A stretch of DNA of 64,000 bases from positions 88,577,691 to 88,641,690 of the forward strand of contig NC_090387.1 of assembly GCF_036365525.1 (NCBI RefSeq). Reading direction: 5' to 3'. Positions 36,501 to 49,523 of this stretch are shown here, piece by piece; within the stretch, counting starts at the first letter, position 1, and every line of letters begins with the position of its first letter. The position numbers and the translations under genes are program-made. The notes under the pieces are model-generated. The model did no database searches, was not told where the DNA came from, and was given only the letters and a program-made list of their open reading frames with translations. This DNA comes from Heterodontus francisci (taxonomy: Eukaryota).

Positions 36501-38200
36501 TATTTCCTATGGGTTTACCTCACAACTTCCAGCATTCTGCTGGAAGATACCCAAACCTGTGGCAATGGCAACATTTAGGCTTGCAGACCTCACTTCTACC
36601 CTCAGCAGCTTCCTTTCAGGTGTGAGGAAGAGATCCACGGGCATTCCCAGCTGTCCCTTCTTGCCCCTGACTACTTGCCTTCATTTCACTCTTCCACCTT
36701 CTAATCTTCACGGGTATTTGGGGGGGATGGATAAAATGTTTGGCATTATACACAAGCTTATAATCATCAGCAATTTCTACTGCATGTCTGGCCGTTGAAA
36801 GCTTCTCGTTCTCTACATGAGTTCTTACTACTGGAGGGAGTAATTTTTAAAGTCTTCCAGGAGAGTGAGGTGTCTAATTTTCTCATGTGTCGCTTCCATA
36901 TTTAGTGCCCGTATCCAACAATAAAAAATAGTTTCTTTTACCCGCTCAAATTCTGCCTAGCCACTCTCCAAAGGTTTTGAAACGTCTGATGGTAAGCTTC
37001 AGGGACTAACTCATAAGCAGCAAGAATAACATTTTTGCAATCTCATAATCTGCAGAAGCCTTTTCAGAAAGCAGAGAAAAAACCTCATGAGCTCTGCCCA
37101 TTAGCTTGCTTTGCATAATCAGTGTCCAGCTTTCCTTTGGCCACTTCATCTGTTTGGCTATCTTTCCAAAAATAATTAAAATGCATGTACGTCCCTTTCC
37201 CCAAACTTAGGGAGACACTGTATAAATTTAAACAGCTGTTCGCTGGATCCTGATCTGGACTCAGATTCGTCATGGCCAGACGTTTCATTGGAGTTAAGTC
37301 CACCCTTAGTCTTAGCTCCATTTTTAAAAATTCACATCTCCTTTCTTTCTCTCGTTCAGGTTCTGATTGAAATTCAAGCGTAAGTCTTTTCAATGGTCTC
37401 GCTGTTTCTTTTTCATTGTCAGGTTCTAGCTGCTTCATCTTTAACTGAATTTTAGCCAATTACCCTCTGATTTGCTTTCACCTTCTTCCAATTTCAAATG
37501 TTGGGCTATTATTTCAATTATATCTACATTTACAATTCTAACAGCAGTTGTGCTGCCAAATCCTTTCATTTAGCCTTGGTTAAATTTTGCAAATCACTGG
37601 GGGATATCTCCTCCTTCCCCAGAAATGGTTCAGCAACTGCTACAGACAGTCCAGTGATGTATATTTTACTCTATTACACAAGAAATCCGGTTCTTTTTCT
37701 TTCCGTTTTCCGATTATAGTTATCCCAGTTCCAATTGTAGGACATCAGCATTAACTTTATCCCAGAAAAATAGAGCCCCCAATTAAATATATTATGACCA
37801 ATGTGGGAGGAGTGCACTGTTAATTCATTCCAACTTCTTCACAGGACACAACATACTGTTGAACGTTTTCCCACATGTTGAAACAGACAATCAGATGCAC
37901 TATTTTTCCCCAGAATAGAACACACTAACGAGGTTTTTTTAACGAACAACAAAAAAGGTTAACTAGCAATGAAGTAAAACAATGTCATATAGATCTTTTT
38001 TTTAATGAAACTCCAACATTACATTTTTAAAAAAATACATCACTTTAGTCCCTTCACTCTCTCACACACACGCACACATATTTAAAACGGTTGACTGGAA
38101 AAATAATTTTAAAACACTGATTTTTAGATCAGAGCTCTGTTACAGACAACAACAAAAAACACCATTGGATTTGCTACTTGCTCATTTTTTGAAGTGGTTG
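33520..38200 (-). mobile_element. Second Gmr1-like Gypsy element, internally deleted, convergent with the first
   Basis: LTR 3' end at about 37795-37860 homologous to 33260-33322, PBS-like TGGGGGCTC at about 37782-37774, decayed CCHC at about 36530-36572, PIKQHPY...WSSPVV, and RNase [16 protein letters not shown]. Confidence 0.82.
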
Positions 38201-39224
38201 TTTTCACTTGCCGTGGTATTCATGCAGATTATCCTGATGAGTACAAGACAAAAAGCTTCGACAAAATGTTTTTATTTTCAGCAATACTCAAGTTCTGCAC
38301 TACCAAACGACTATTATCGACTGTGTTCACTTAATAACAAGAAACGTTCCCATATGGATGAAATAGGGGAAGTTCAACATTCCAGATTATATTTTGGAAG
38401 CAGAAGCACAAAGCATGGATTCGGCGTGTATTCGTAGTCTACATACTTTTACCAATCATCGGTTAAAATGATACAAAAGAGCAAAATAAATAGCCGCGAT
38501 ATACGCTACACTTGGTTTATGGTGGGTTTGCAGACATCTCCGAAGCTGCCACGGGAGGTCTGGTGCTTATCATTACATATTTGACCTTCGTGGAAGAGTC
38601 TGTCACTCTAGAATTGGCCTTTATAGCCACTCCAGGCGCTGCTTCACAAACCACTGACCACCTCCAGGCGCTTACCCATTGTCTCTCGAGACAAGGAGGC
38701 CAAAGAAGTGCTTTAAGTATTTCACTGATACTCGAAATATCTCTTATGCTTCATCTGAAATGATGTAGGGCACTGAGGAAGAAGATTTTCGCAGTTCTCA
38801 TAATGTCAAGCCATATTTTCAGCGAACTATGAAGAGAAAGCATACACTGATGAGAAACGACCAAGATTAGGTATTCTCGCCGTTATCCGCTGTTTTCCTT
38901 GACTCCCAACTGGAAATTTCATAGAAATTCCATCGGTCGAGCACCGAAATCTCGAATTACCGCACTCGTCTATGAACCTTTCTTCGAAGCTTTTCTTAGG
39001 TCAGGAGGTCCAGAGGCGAAGACAGGTGAGCATAAAATTCAGATTGCGAGCTGCGGCTACTTCTGGCTCCTGTACAATTTTTTCAACAAACCACATGGAA
39101 GGTACGTCTTCTGAACCGAGAAAATGGATGTCACGCTTCATTGTGACCTATTGCATACTCCCGCCTCTCAGCGTTCTTATAAGCTATTAGCCAGTTCATC
39201 GCTGCGAAAACAAATTGATTCAGA

Positions 39225-39279
39225 ATGTTGGCGAGTGTAGTATTTCATTGCCTCGCTGTTCTGGTTGGCATTCTCACAG
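39225..39279 (+). CDS. Gene B exon 1: leader peptide (MLASVVFHCLAVLVGILT-)
   Basis: ATG at 39225, 18 hydrophobic codons plus G, CAG|GTACC donor, phase 1. Confidence 0.85.
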
Positions 39280-39451
39280 GTACCCATTCCTTCGATTCCT
39301 TGCGTTCTCATTGACCGAGTAGTTGTTTTATTGTGCTTTCATGCGACATGATTTATTGCCCTTTGGACACATTGACTGATTGAATCATCGCGCTCTTTTC
39401 TCCTGCAGTGTCACCCCTCACTGATTCGGTTTTGATTTTCTTTTCCTATAG

Positions 39452-39772
39452 GCTTCGGCGAAACTTCAGTCAAAGTGACTCAGCTCCCTGAGAGCACAAG
39501 CAGAAACACGGGTACAAACGTTTCCTTTCATTGCACGCTCCCCTTCTCTCAAGATGGTCCACGTGTAAACATATACTGGTGGAAGGAGGGTGCTAATCAA
39601 TATCTAAGCGCGGAACAAGATGACAGAAAAGTAATCGGCTTCAAGACTAAATTCAGCGGCTTCCATCAGATTAGTAATGTGAGTGTCGAGGACGCAGGCA
39701 TATATTATTGCACTGTCGCCCATCGAGACAAAATCGTTGGAAACGGCACAGGTTCCAACTTAGTTGTCTGGG
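39452..39772 (+). CDS. Gene B exon 2: V-set Ig domain with germline-joined J-like motif (GNGTGSNLVV)
   Basis: Polypyrimidine TTTTCCTATAG acceptor and G|GTAAG donor. Protein has VTQLP, VSFHC, IYWWKEG, ISNVSVEDAGIYYC and VGNGT. Confidence 0.95.
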
Positions 39773-40809
39773 GTAAGTAGAAAAAATAACGGCGAATGAG
39801 ATCCCAGCAACAGAGGTATTATTCGGTAGTGCGTTTAAAAGTTCACATTACAAATAAGTTTCCAATCTTTTCATATGTATACATTCTTATTTGACAGTTG
39901 ATGGCTACATTTCATATTTTATTATGCATTGCAATATTTCAATAATATTAATTATGATGAGCAGTATCCGATAATAGATTTACTAAAATTACACAGTTGT
40001 CCTATAGGAAACAGGCATTAGAGTTAAAATTGCAGGATCAGTAAAGCACGTGAAAAACTCAACTTCATTACTTACGAGAGTGGGTCTGCTAGCCTGCACA
40101 CATATTTCATCTTACATGATGGCTTATTTGTTTACTTGCTTACGGAGGCATGAACTTTTCTATTGAGATTCAGATTTGCGCACTTATAGTTTAATACTTG
40201 GTATGTTAAGATCTTTGAAAGCCCATATTATTAACAAGTAACGTCTGTTTAAGCCTCCCACTCTATACTTGCATCATGTAATTGACTTGCAGTAAGCAAC
40301 AAATCATACTAAACCTTCGTGCCCAAGCCACTCTCTCATGGATACATTATACTTTCTAAGCAATTGTTATACTGTGCGAAATGAGATTGGTCAGCAGCGC
40401 TTTCGCATAGCAAGTGAAAAGCAGTCGGAAGCCTGATTTGCAATCCACTTAATGTTATTTCGCATTAGAAAATCAAATAATGCGAGTGTAAAACGGGCGG
40501 CCCATTTACTATTACCCGTTCTTCGTCTGGAGGTAAGTTAAAATTACTGCCGATATTATGTTGACCTTTATGACGAATTTACTTGAGATGCAGCTACCAA
40601 GGGCGCATAATGAAAATCCATACCCAATCCACACCACCGCGATTCCACCACCCCCCTTCACCCCACACGCCCCCTCCATCCCCGCACCACCCCCCCCCCC
40701 CCCCCACCCCCCACCTCCACATGGTAGTGCCGGGAATGTTATCAGCAAAACGTTGGTTTTCTAACTTTGCATGATGTTCAAGTAACGTTGTTTTCCTCCA
40801 TTTACCTAG

Positions 40810-41121
40810 TTCCGCCAACTCCACTGAGAATTAAGTCTCAGCAAGATCAAAATGATTCATTTGCATCTCTAGTTGTTTTGTGCGTAACATCTCCATTTTA
40901 CCCGAAGAATATCAGCTTTACTTGGTATAAGGATGGCAGAAAAATTGCATCAAGGATAAATAACATTATTGAACTCAAGACCGATGGATTATATGAAGCT
41001 TCTAGCCGGTTGCAAGAGGCGCAGAGTGTCCGGACTGGAACTGTTTATACTTGCTCAGTCTCTCACAGTACCCTCCATATTTCAGCCACGGCCACTCACA
41101 TTGTCACCTATACAAACACAG
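40810..41121 (+). CDS. Gene B exon 3: C1-set Ig domain
   Basis: VPPTPLRI...VVLCVTSPFYPKNISFTWYKDG...TDGLYEASSRL...YTCSVSHSTL. TAG acceptor, CAG|GTAAG donor, phase 1/1. Confidence 0.95.
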
Positions 41122-41214
41122 GTAAGACTTCGGAAAGAATCTTACAGTACATTTGGTCTGGCGTGCCAGTGCGGATTCTTTGGAAGTGGTGAGTAATTTA
41201 GTCCCACCACATAG

Positions 41215-42500
41215 CTTATTTCACATAACTCTGCAAATTAGTCCTCTTCAAGCAGATGTTCAACTGCCTGTTTTGAAAGATTCCACGTAAACAGCTCCCA
41301 CCAATATTTCAGGTAGATCGCTTTGCACCTTCACAACCCCCCATGAGTAAATAGTTCTCCTCAATTTCACTTTAGTTCTTTTTCCTAATAATTTCAAATC
41401 TATGACTGCGGGTTACGGAACCATTTTTCAGACGAAATAGTTTCTCCCTGCTCATTCCATGAAAAGGCCTGTTAATTTTGAGCACTTTTATTAGATAGCC
41501 CCTTAACCTTCTTTGCTTTAATGAGAAAATCTCAGCTTCTCCACTCTCCAAATAATTGAATACCCTCATCCCTTTCCCTATACCTTCTGCAAGGCCTTGA
41601 CGTCCTTACTAAACTGTGTGATCCAGAATTGTGCATAATCCTGACGCTGAATTTAACGCTGATTTGCAAAGTTTTATCATGACTTCCTTGATTTTTTTAA
41701 ATTCAATTTATGCACCAAGTCAATTAATCCAATGAGGTCCCTTAACCACCTACCAACTTGGCTTGTTACTTTCAAAGACTTGTAAATATGCGCCCCTAGG
41801 TCCTGTTGCTTTTCCATGCGAATCAAAATAGTATTCATATTATGCAGCCTATCCGTATAGTATAACCCAAAGTGCACACTTCATACTTATTCGCATTAAA
41901 CTACACCTATAATGCGTCTGTCCATTTCGCCAATTTGTCTATGTCCTTCTGTAGTCTACGACTGTCTTCCAGACTATTTAAAACGTCACTATCACTAACT
42001 TGTATCATCCACAAAATTCGAAGTTGTCCTGCCGATATACAAGCCCAGATTATTTATGTATATCGATTGAAGCATCTGTCCTAATACTGATGCCTGGGAG
42101 ATACCACTGCATGCTTTTATCCTGTCAGAAAAGAAAAAAAAATCTATTCAGCACTATTATCTGTAACTATCACTTAGCTAGTTACGTATCCAAGGCCCCA
42201 TCTTTCATTAAATCCTACATGTTTCTATTTGTCGTATAAGCTGCTACGAAATGTTTTATCAAATTCCCTTTAGAAGTCCATATATCTTCAGAATTGCATT
42301 CGCCAATCGTCTCTGTTACTTCATCAAATAATTCTATTAGGCTGATCAGATACTGTTTACGTTTTACATATCTGTGCTGCACGTCCCTTATTAACCACAC
42401 TACTCCGAGTGGATACAATTTTTGACCTTGACAATGGTCTCCAGTAGTTTTCCCTCCAGCGACAATTTTACTTACTGAACTGCAATTACCATGTCTAAGC
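41215..42500 (-). mobile_element. Old CR1 fragment (gene B intron 3)
   Basis: FSLKQRRLRGYLIKVLK, DLGAHIYKSLKV and LIELFDEVT fragments. Confidence 0.75.
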
Positions 42501-43148
42501 AACTGAAATACGTTGCAAATAATCAATTTGTTGTGATTCCGCCCCTTATCATTCGTTTACTGCTACTCATTATCCGTGGAGTTCATCCAGTTCTTCTGCT
42601 GCAAGTCCTCAACAACTGTTGATTCATATATTCTGCCCCAGTGTATGCAAAACAGACGCGCGTTGGCATGCATCCTGCAGTAGCTCACATCGTATGGTTC
42701 CCAGTCTCAACATGTCGCGGATGGACCACCGTGTCCTGCATTCCATAAACTGTGCTATAATCTGCAGCAAGCTGTCATTTTAGCAATTAGTGTTAGCTGC
42801 CTTATAAATCAGCAAACTAAACATGATTATACTTAATTCGGTGGTAATAAAAAAAGTGTAAACCAGTCTATTTTATGCTAACAAGGTACAAATAGCCGTC
42901 TAATACCGAAGCCTAGTTTCAATAAGAAACAAGAATACAATGGCATTTGAGATTAAGTCAAAATAGTGTAAATTAGCGTTTCTTTACACATGAAAAACCA
43001 TCGCTCCACATTTTTATGTAGTTTAATAAAAGCGTAAACCAAAATAAGTGATTGAAAAGGTTGAAAGTTCCCTATCTTTTAAGGCATGGTCTCATTGAAT
43101 TGAACAGTGTACAATTTCAGATTAATATATTTTATTTAACTGTTGCAG

Positions 43149-43259
43149 GTGGTGAGCTCACCCGCTGCCAACTGATTTCTGCAGCTAGATGGGGCGGGTT
43201 GGTATTACTGGTGCTGGGTCTCCTCATTGCAAAGCAATGTATCTCAAAGATAAATAAAG
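43149..43259 (+). CDS. Gene B exon 4: connecting peptide and transmembrane segment (GGELTRCQLISAARWGGLVLLVLGLLIAKQCISKINK)
   Basis: TGTTGCAG acceptor, AAAG|GTAGG donor, phase 1/1. Hydrophobic segment homologous to gene A exon 4. Confidence 0.88.
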
Positions 43260-43394
43260 GTAGGAAATTGTAAGTTTGTGTTCAGGCTTATGTTACTTGA
43301 ACAGAGGTGAGACAGAAAGCCAAACAGTCTCACATTGGTATTCCTTGACCAAGATGGGCTTACAAGATTTACATTCTTTAATCAAGTCAGAGTT

Positions 43395-43700
43395 TGTTTA
43401 CTTAGAGATACAGCATTGAAACAGGCCCTTCGGCCAACCGAGTCTGTGTTGACCAACAACCACCCATTTATGCTAATCCTACATTGATCCCATATTCCCT
43501 ACCACATCCCCTACCTACACTCGGGGCAATTTACAATGGCCAATTTACCTATCAGCATGCAAGTCCTCGGCTGTGGGAGGAAACCGGAGTACCCAGCGGT
43601 AACCCACGCGGTCACAGGGAGAACTTGCAAACTCCACGCAGGCAGTACCCAGAACTGAACACGGGTCGTTAGAGCTGTGAGACTGCGGTGCTAACCACTG
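43395..43700 (-). mobile_element. V-SINE (HE1-like)
   Basis: Reverse complement of the SINE at 13607-13950. Confidence 0.85.
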
Positions 43701-44356
43701 TTAAGCTTAACTAAGATTTGCAAAGTTAATAATTAACAACGGCCATAGGTTTCATTTTACTAAAGAAAGTTCAATTTCCAAACAGAAAGAGGAAGAACTT
43801 CCTGTTACATGTTGAGACATGGTTGGTTGTTTACAACTGAACGGTTCCAACAATAGTTAGTTAGTTTACCCACAGTAACAGTGCGATTGCTGAAGATAAA
43901 GTTTATTCTGAGTTTTAAGATATACGGGTTCCTTCACATTCACCCCAACCATCTGCATTTACATAGATTGAAACATCTGATTTATTGAATATGGTTTCCA
44001 TCACGACCGGTGTTGGGGTAGATTCAAATTTCTAAAATGGTGTGCTATTTTCCAAGGTCCTTCAGCCACCGGCTGAGATTGGAACGCCAATGAGGCTTTA
44101 TTACGAAATCTATTTTCATTTCCTGAGATTTTACAGCATTAGGGGGAATACACGTAAAATTATGGGAAGTGCCCAAGGGACTTTCCAGTTAGACTCTTGG
44201 TGGCCGACCGGCATCTGAACAATTCCGCTCCTATTTTCAGAAGTTGGTCGGAAACCAAGCAGTCCCTTAAGAGGTGATATCTAGATTATGTTGTAATTTA
44301 CATTGAGCCTACCATAAACTGATCATCGTAAATTCTTGAACTTCATACATTACGAG

Positions 44357-44400
44357 AAGTGCAGAACGATGGCGAAAGATGCGACTATCCTGAGCAGAAG
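44357..44400 (+). CDS. Gene B putative exon 5: 44-nt cytoplasmic exon (EVQNDGERCDYPEQK)
   Basis: Open, phase 1 to 0, AAG|GTATG donor. Same length and phases as the reconstructed gene A exon 5. Acceptor is weak (tandem GAG/AAG). Confidence 0.5.
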
Positions 44401-44999
44401 GTATGATTCCACAATTTATTCCACATTACTTGAATATAGATATAGCCATAAAAGAACTGCAATTTATTTAATACAATCATTATCATGTTTTATTCTATTG
44501 ATGTAAAGGTTAATACAAAATAGGACAGACTGAATTTGGGGTCAGGCAACAGTAAACATTTTTGTCATTGTGTCAGAGACAACTGAATTGTAACTGCCGT
44601 TTTCCAGTTATGATCATACTAATTAAAAGTTACCACACAGCGTACAGTGTTTTGGTGTGTTGTCAATTAGCTAATTCTGGAATAAATACAGAACACACAA
44701 TTTCAAATCCTAACATGCTAGTTTGCTCTTTTTAAAATCAATTTTCAAAATCTATTAGCAGAATATGGTAGTTATGAAAGTGACTATGAAGCTGTCAGAT
44801 TGTCGGAAAATCCATAGTGGTTTGCTAATGCCTCTCGGGGAAGGAAACCTGCCGTCATTAACTGGTCCGTTTTTTCTGTGACTCCAATCCACACTAATGT
44901 GGTTGGCTCATAAAGTCTACGTGGGGTCTCCTCACAGCTCTACCAAAACGTTTCTTGGGCAACCAGAAATAGGACATACTAATTGCTGTTGCCAGCTGT

Positions 45000-45950
45000 A
45001 ACCAACATAACTGCGGTGCATTTGCGATCGATGCCTTGGTTTATGAAGCCCAAGATCCCATATGCTTTCCTAACCACTCTCTCAATATATATTTCCACAT
45101 TCAAAGATCAATGTACATGCACTGGCGGCCCCCTGTTACTGCACAGTCGTTAGAACTGCGCCATTAATTCTACATTTCTTCACCTTTCTGGTAAAATGCA
45201 TCACCTCATATTCGTTTGTATCAAATTCCATCTGTCAGTTGTCTGCATATTCTGGTACCTTATCTATGTCCTGTTGTAAACGGTTCCAATCATCCCGATG
45301 TTTGCCACATTTGGTATCATTGGCACATTTTGAAATTCTATTCCGTAGAATAAGCAGGAATCAATTAGGCAAGGGAATTGTACCTTACTTTCGTTACGTA
45401 GGTATTGCAGTGCAAAACGGCATTGGTGAGGCCAAAACTGCGGTATTGTGTACAGTTTTGGACTCCTTCCCAAAAGAAGGAGAGCGTTGCCATAGAGGGA
45501 GTGCTACAAAATGTCACTATACTGGTTCCTGGAATTAAGAGATGATTCTTATAGGAGTGAGTGAGTAGACGAATGTGAAGTGATCTAATTGAAGCATATA
45601 AACGTATAAAGTTTGTTTTTAAAGGAAGTAAGAAATTTGATCCAAAACAAAAAGATTTCAGTGGCTGGGCAATCTCGAACATGGGGTCACATTCTGAGGA
45701 TAAGGATTCGGTGACTCAGGACTGAGATGAGAATTGTTTTCTAGCAAATGGTTTGAATCATCGGAATTCTCTACCCCAGAGAGCTTAGGATGCTGAAACG
45801 TTGGTTGCATTCAAAGAATATGCCAACGGATTTTCGGGTATTAAGGGAGCTAAAGAGCATTGTTCGAGTGTGGGAATGTGGAGTTGAGGTAACAAATCAG
45901 TCATGATTTTAATGAATGCCAGAGCAGGCTCGAAGGTACCAATGACTTAC
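45000..45950. mobile_element. Two old CR1 fragments in opposite orientation (minus about 45000-45340, plus about 45390-45950)
   Basis: QMEFDT...EVMHF on the minus strand. LVRPKLRYCVQFWTP and 3' UTR on the plus strand. Confidence 0.65.
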
Positions 45951-46128
45951 ATTTTTTCTTTTTTTTTCGTTTTTTTTAATATTCTTCAGTAAGTAGGTTT
46001 TCCAGAATGTTTGCTCGACATTTGGTCTCCACTTATATACTTAATTAAAATTTGTCTCCGTCCATGGGTCGTCAGGGTTTAACTTACAGTCAAAGAAAGA
46101 GAGATGAGCATTTATATAAATAGGAAGG

Positions 46129-46185
<57 letters not shown>
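46129..46185 (+). repeat. (TAGA)n microsatellite, about 14 units
   Basis: Directly visible. Confidence 0.97.
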
Positions 46186-46499
46186 TGTTATCGACGTAGT
46201 TATTGTGACATTATGGATAAATTAAACGCTGGAAGTGGGATCTTATGTAATCTAGGAAGTGACTGTCAAACTTTAATATGATTTCTTGTGCTCCATGTTC
46301 TGATCATTGCAGAATTTTATTTGCTGTTTACTTGCCTGGACAGTGAAAGTGATCTGACTGCTGTGACTCCCAAATACCTTCCTGTCGCCCTGTCCTAAAT
46401 CAAGTCCATCTCGTTACTTACAACACACAGTCTCAAAGTATGTGGAAAAACTCAACGTTGTAAAATAATCCACATGCCTTCACTATATTTTTGCCGCAA

Positions 46500-48500
46500 C
46501 AGAACATACGAATATACGTACGAACATTCGAATTAGGTGCAGCAATAGTCCACTCGGCCCCTCAAGCCTGCTCAGCCATTCAATAAGTTGATGGCTAACC
46601 TGGTTACTCCATATTATCACGCGATAGCCTGTCACCAAATTCCTTATCGATGATCTATCTACTTTCTATTGACATAGCTCTGCAATGTCTCACGAGGTAG
46701 ATAATATGTTTCTTTGTTATTCTTCCTGCCAAAATAGATAACTTCCCATTTTCCCACATTATACTCGATCTGCCATTTGTTTGCCCACTCACTTAACCTA
46801 TCTATATCTCTTTGTAGCCTCCTTATGTCCTCTGCACAACCTGCTTTCCTAAACATCTTTGTGGTATCATCAAATTTAGCAACCAAACCTTCGGTCCCTT
46901 CATCTAAGACATATATAAGCACAGCTGCCTGTGGCACACCACTCGTTACATCTTGCCAACCATAAAATGAACCATCTATGCGTACTGCCTGCTCCCTGTT
47001 AGCTAGCCAATCTTCTACTTCCATCCATTAGTTTTTTTTTAGTTTAGAAATACAGCACTGAAACAGGCCCTTCGGCCCACCGAGTCTGTGCAGATCATCA
47101 ACCACCCATTTATACTAATCCTACACTAATTCCATATTCCTACCACATCCCCACCTGTTCCTATATTTCCCTACCACCTACCTATACTAGGGGCAATTTA
47201 TAATGGCCAATTTATCTATCAACCTGCAAGTCTTTGGCATGTGGGAGGAAACCGGAGCACCCGGAGGAAACCCACGCAGACACAGGGAGAACTTGCAAAC
47301 TCCACACAGGCAGTACCCAGAATTGAACCCGGGTCGCTGGAGCTGTGAGGCTGCGGTGCTAACCACTGTGCCACTGTGTAAGATTAGTGTAAATGGGTGG
47401 TTCAAGGTCGGCACAGACTCGGTGGGCCGAAGGGCCTGTTTCAGTGCTGTATCTCTAAATAAATAAAAAATAAATAAATTAGTTTTATATTTTGCAATGC
47501 AGTTTGATATGGCACCTTATCAAATGCCTTCTGGAAATCTACGTACAATACATCCACCGGTTCCCCTTCATTCACAGCACATGTAACTCCCTCAAAGAAC
47601 TCCAATAATCAGGTTAAACATGATTTCCCTTTCACAAAGCCATGTTGACTCTGGTTGATTACCTTCATTTTTTCTAAGTGCTCTGCTCTCACATTTTCAA
47701 TAATAGCTTCCAACATTTTCCTTCACAAAGATGTTAAGCTAACAGGCCTGCAGTTTATTGGTTTCTGCCTCCCTCTCTTTTTGAATAAAGGAGTTGCATT
47801 CACTATTTTCCAGACAAGTGGAACCTGCCCCGAATGTAAGGAATTCTGAAAAATTAAAACGAACGCATCAACTGTCTGACTAGCCACTTCTTTCAACACC
47901 TTAGGGTGAAGTCCATCAGGACCCGGGGACTTGTCAGCTCGCAACTCCAAGAATTTGTTCAGTATACTTTCCTGGTGATTGTAATTTACTTGAGTTCCTC
48001 CGTCCCTTTCATTTCCTGACTTACAGACAATTCTGGAATGTTACTTGTATCCTTTATAGTGAAGACCGATTCATCTGCCATCTCCATATTAACCATTATT
48101 AATCCCTCAGACTCACTTTCTGAAGGACCAACGTTCACGTTGTTAATTGTTTTCTTTTTTTTAATATCTATAGAAACTCTTACGATCTGTCTTTATATTT
48201 CTAGCTAGCTTTCTCTCGTACTAAAATGTTACCTGCCTCATCGATCTTTTAGCCAATCTTTGCTGTTCTTTTTTAAATTCTGTCCAATCTTCTGACCTGC
48301 CCCATTTTTGCGTAATTTTATGTTATTTTCTTTAAATTTGATACTATCTTTAACTGTTTTAGTTAACCACGGATGGTGGATCCCACCCCCTACCGCCCCA
48401 CCCCCCCCCCCGCAACCACCACCAACCACCCCCCACCCCCTTCCCACCCTTGAAGCTTTACTTTCTCGTTGAAATACATCCACTCTCTGTAGTCTGCGGT
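46500..48500 (-). mobile_element. Degenerate CR1 LINE with nested SINE
   Basis: DKSPGPDGLHPKVLKEVA, RPVSLTS and VTSGVPQ...VAKFDDTTK motifs. Confidence 0.86.
47030..47480 (-). mobile_element. V-SINE (47040-47376, minus) plus inverted second tail (about 47375-47478, plus)
   Basis: Full SINE on the minus strand followed at once by a plus-strand copy of its last 85 or so nt. Confidence 0.87.
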
Positions 48501-49204
48501 GTAACTTCAGTTATATAAATATTACCAGCAGCATATTTCTTTGAACATACAAGTTCTATCAAGTTCTATCAATGGACAACAGTGAAGAACTTTGATTTTT
48601 TATTTTCTTTATTCTCTTGACCTATAAATTTCATGGATTTTCCGGAAATTCTGTGAGATATCCGTGGAACACTCACAGAACCAACTTAAATAGCATTTGC
48701 AGCCTATTGCAGTGTTTCTACAGGATTTATGGTTGTCACCCAGCGAAGTGAAATCGGGAGACCGGTTGTAGCTCTATGGAATTTGCAGATTGTTTACAGT
48801 CTTTCACGCTTGGGCGTTAAGCAATGATTGAGCGGAGCAGAAAAACTGAACATTTAGATCGCTCCACCCGAGAAAGTATCATTGCATTCACTTTACTGTT
48901 TGGAAAATGGGTCGATTTTTTCAATCCCGTTCAACGCTGATGATTAATTTTCAGGCCCGAAAGACTATAACCTTCCCTCAAACTGCCCTGAATGTTTTTG
49001 TTAATAAGACTGATTCAGCCTCCTGAGCGCTGATGGCGCAGAGATAATGCGCAGACAGTGATGTTCTGGCCTGCAGTGACTGATATTTCAATCATTTCTT
49101 TAATGATTTGACTCTGGTTTTCTGGCCAAGTCTCATCCTTATGCACAGAAAGCACCGAACCACGGTATCTGCTCTAACAAAATTTACATATTTGTGTCTT
49201 GCAG

Positions 49205-49311
49205 TCAATCAGAGAGCAGCCGATGTGACGGCACCTTATGCTGCACCAGATACGACCAATTTCTGGAAAGCTCCAAGACCAAAGCCTCAAGAAAAGATCG
49301 TGTATGCCAAG
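49205..49311 (+). CDS. Gene B cytoplasmic exon (VNQRAADVTAPYAAPDTTNFWKAPRPKPQEKIVYAK)
   Basis: TTTGTGTCTTGCAG acceptor, with an alternative in-frame CAG acceptor giving a start at 49213, and AAG|GTAGG donor. Contains two Tyr motifs. Confidence 0.72.
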
Positions 49312-49523
49312 GTAGGTTGGAGATACATGCCTAACGGAAAATGAATAATTTCAATTCACACGTTATGCAGTTTAGTATATGAAACGTCCTAAATGCTAAA
49401 ATAGTAATCTGTTGCATTTAACGCTAATTCTGCGAGGCTCTATCTATTCCAATAACTACTTAACAGTGGACTACAGTCAGATAAAACATGCAACTAATGA
49501 TATTCGCAAAATTGATTTCACAG

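Noticed and set aside
9918-39772. Rearranging Ig/TCR V segments with RSS
   Set aside because: Each V exon already includes the G strand and ends in a splice donor. I saw no heptamer-spacer-nonamer next to them, and CACAGTG hits such as those in the SINE heads are not adjacent to V exons.
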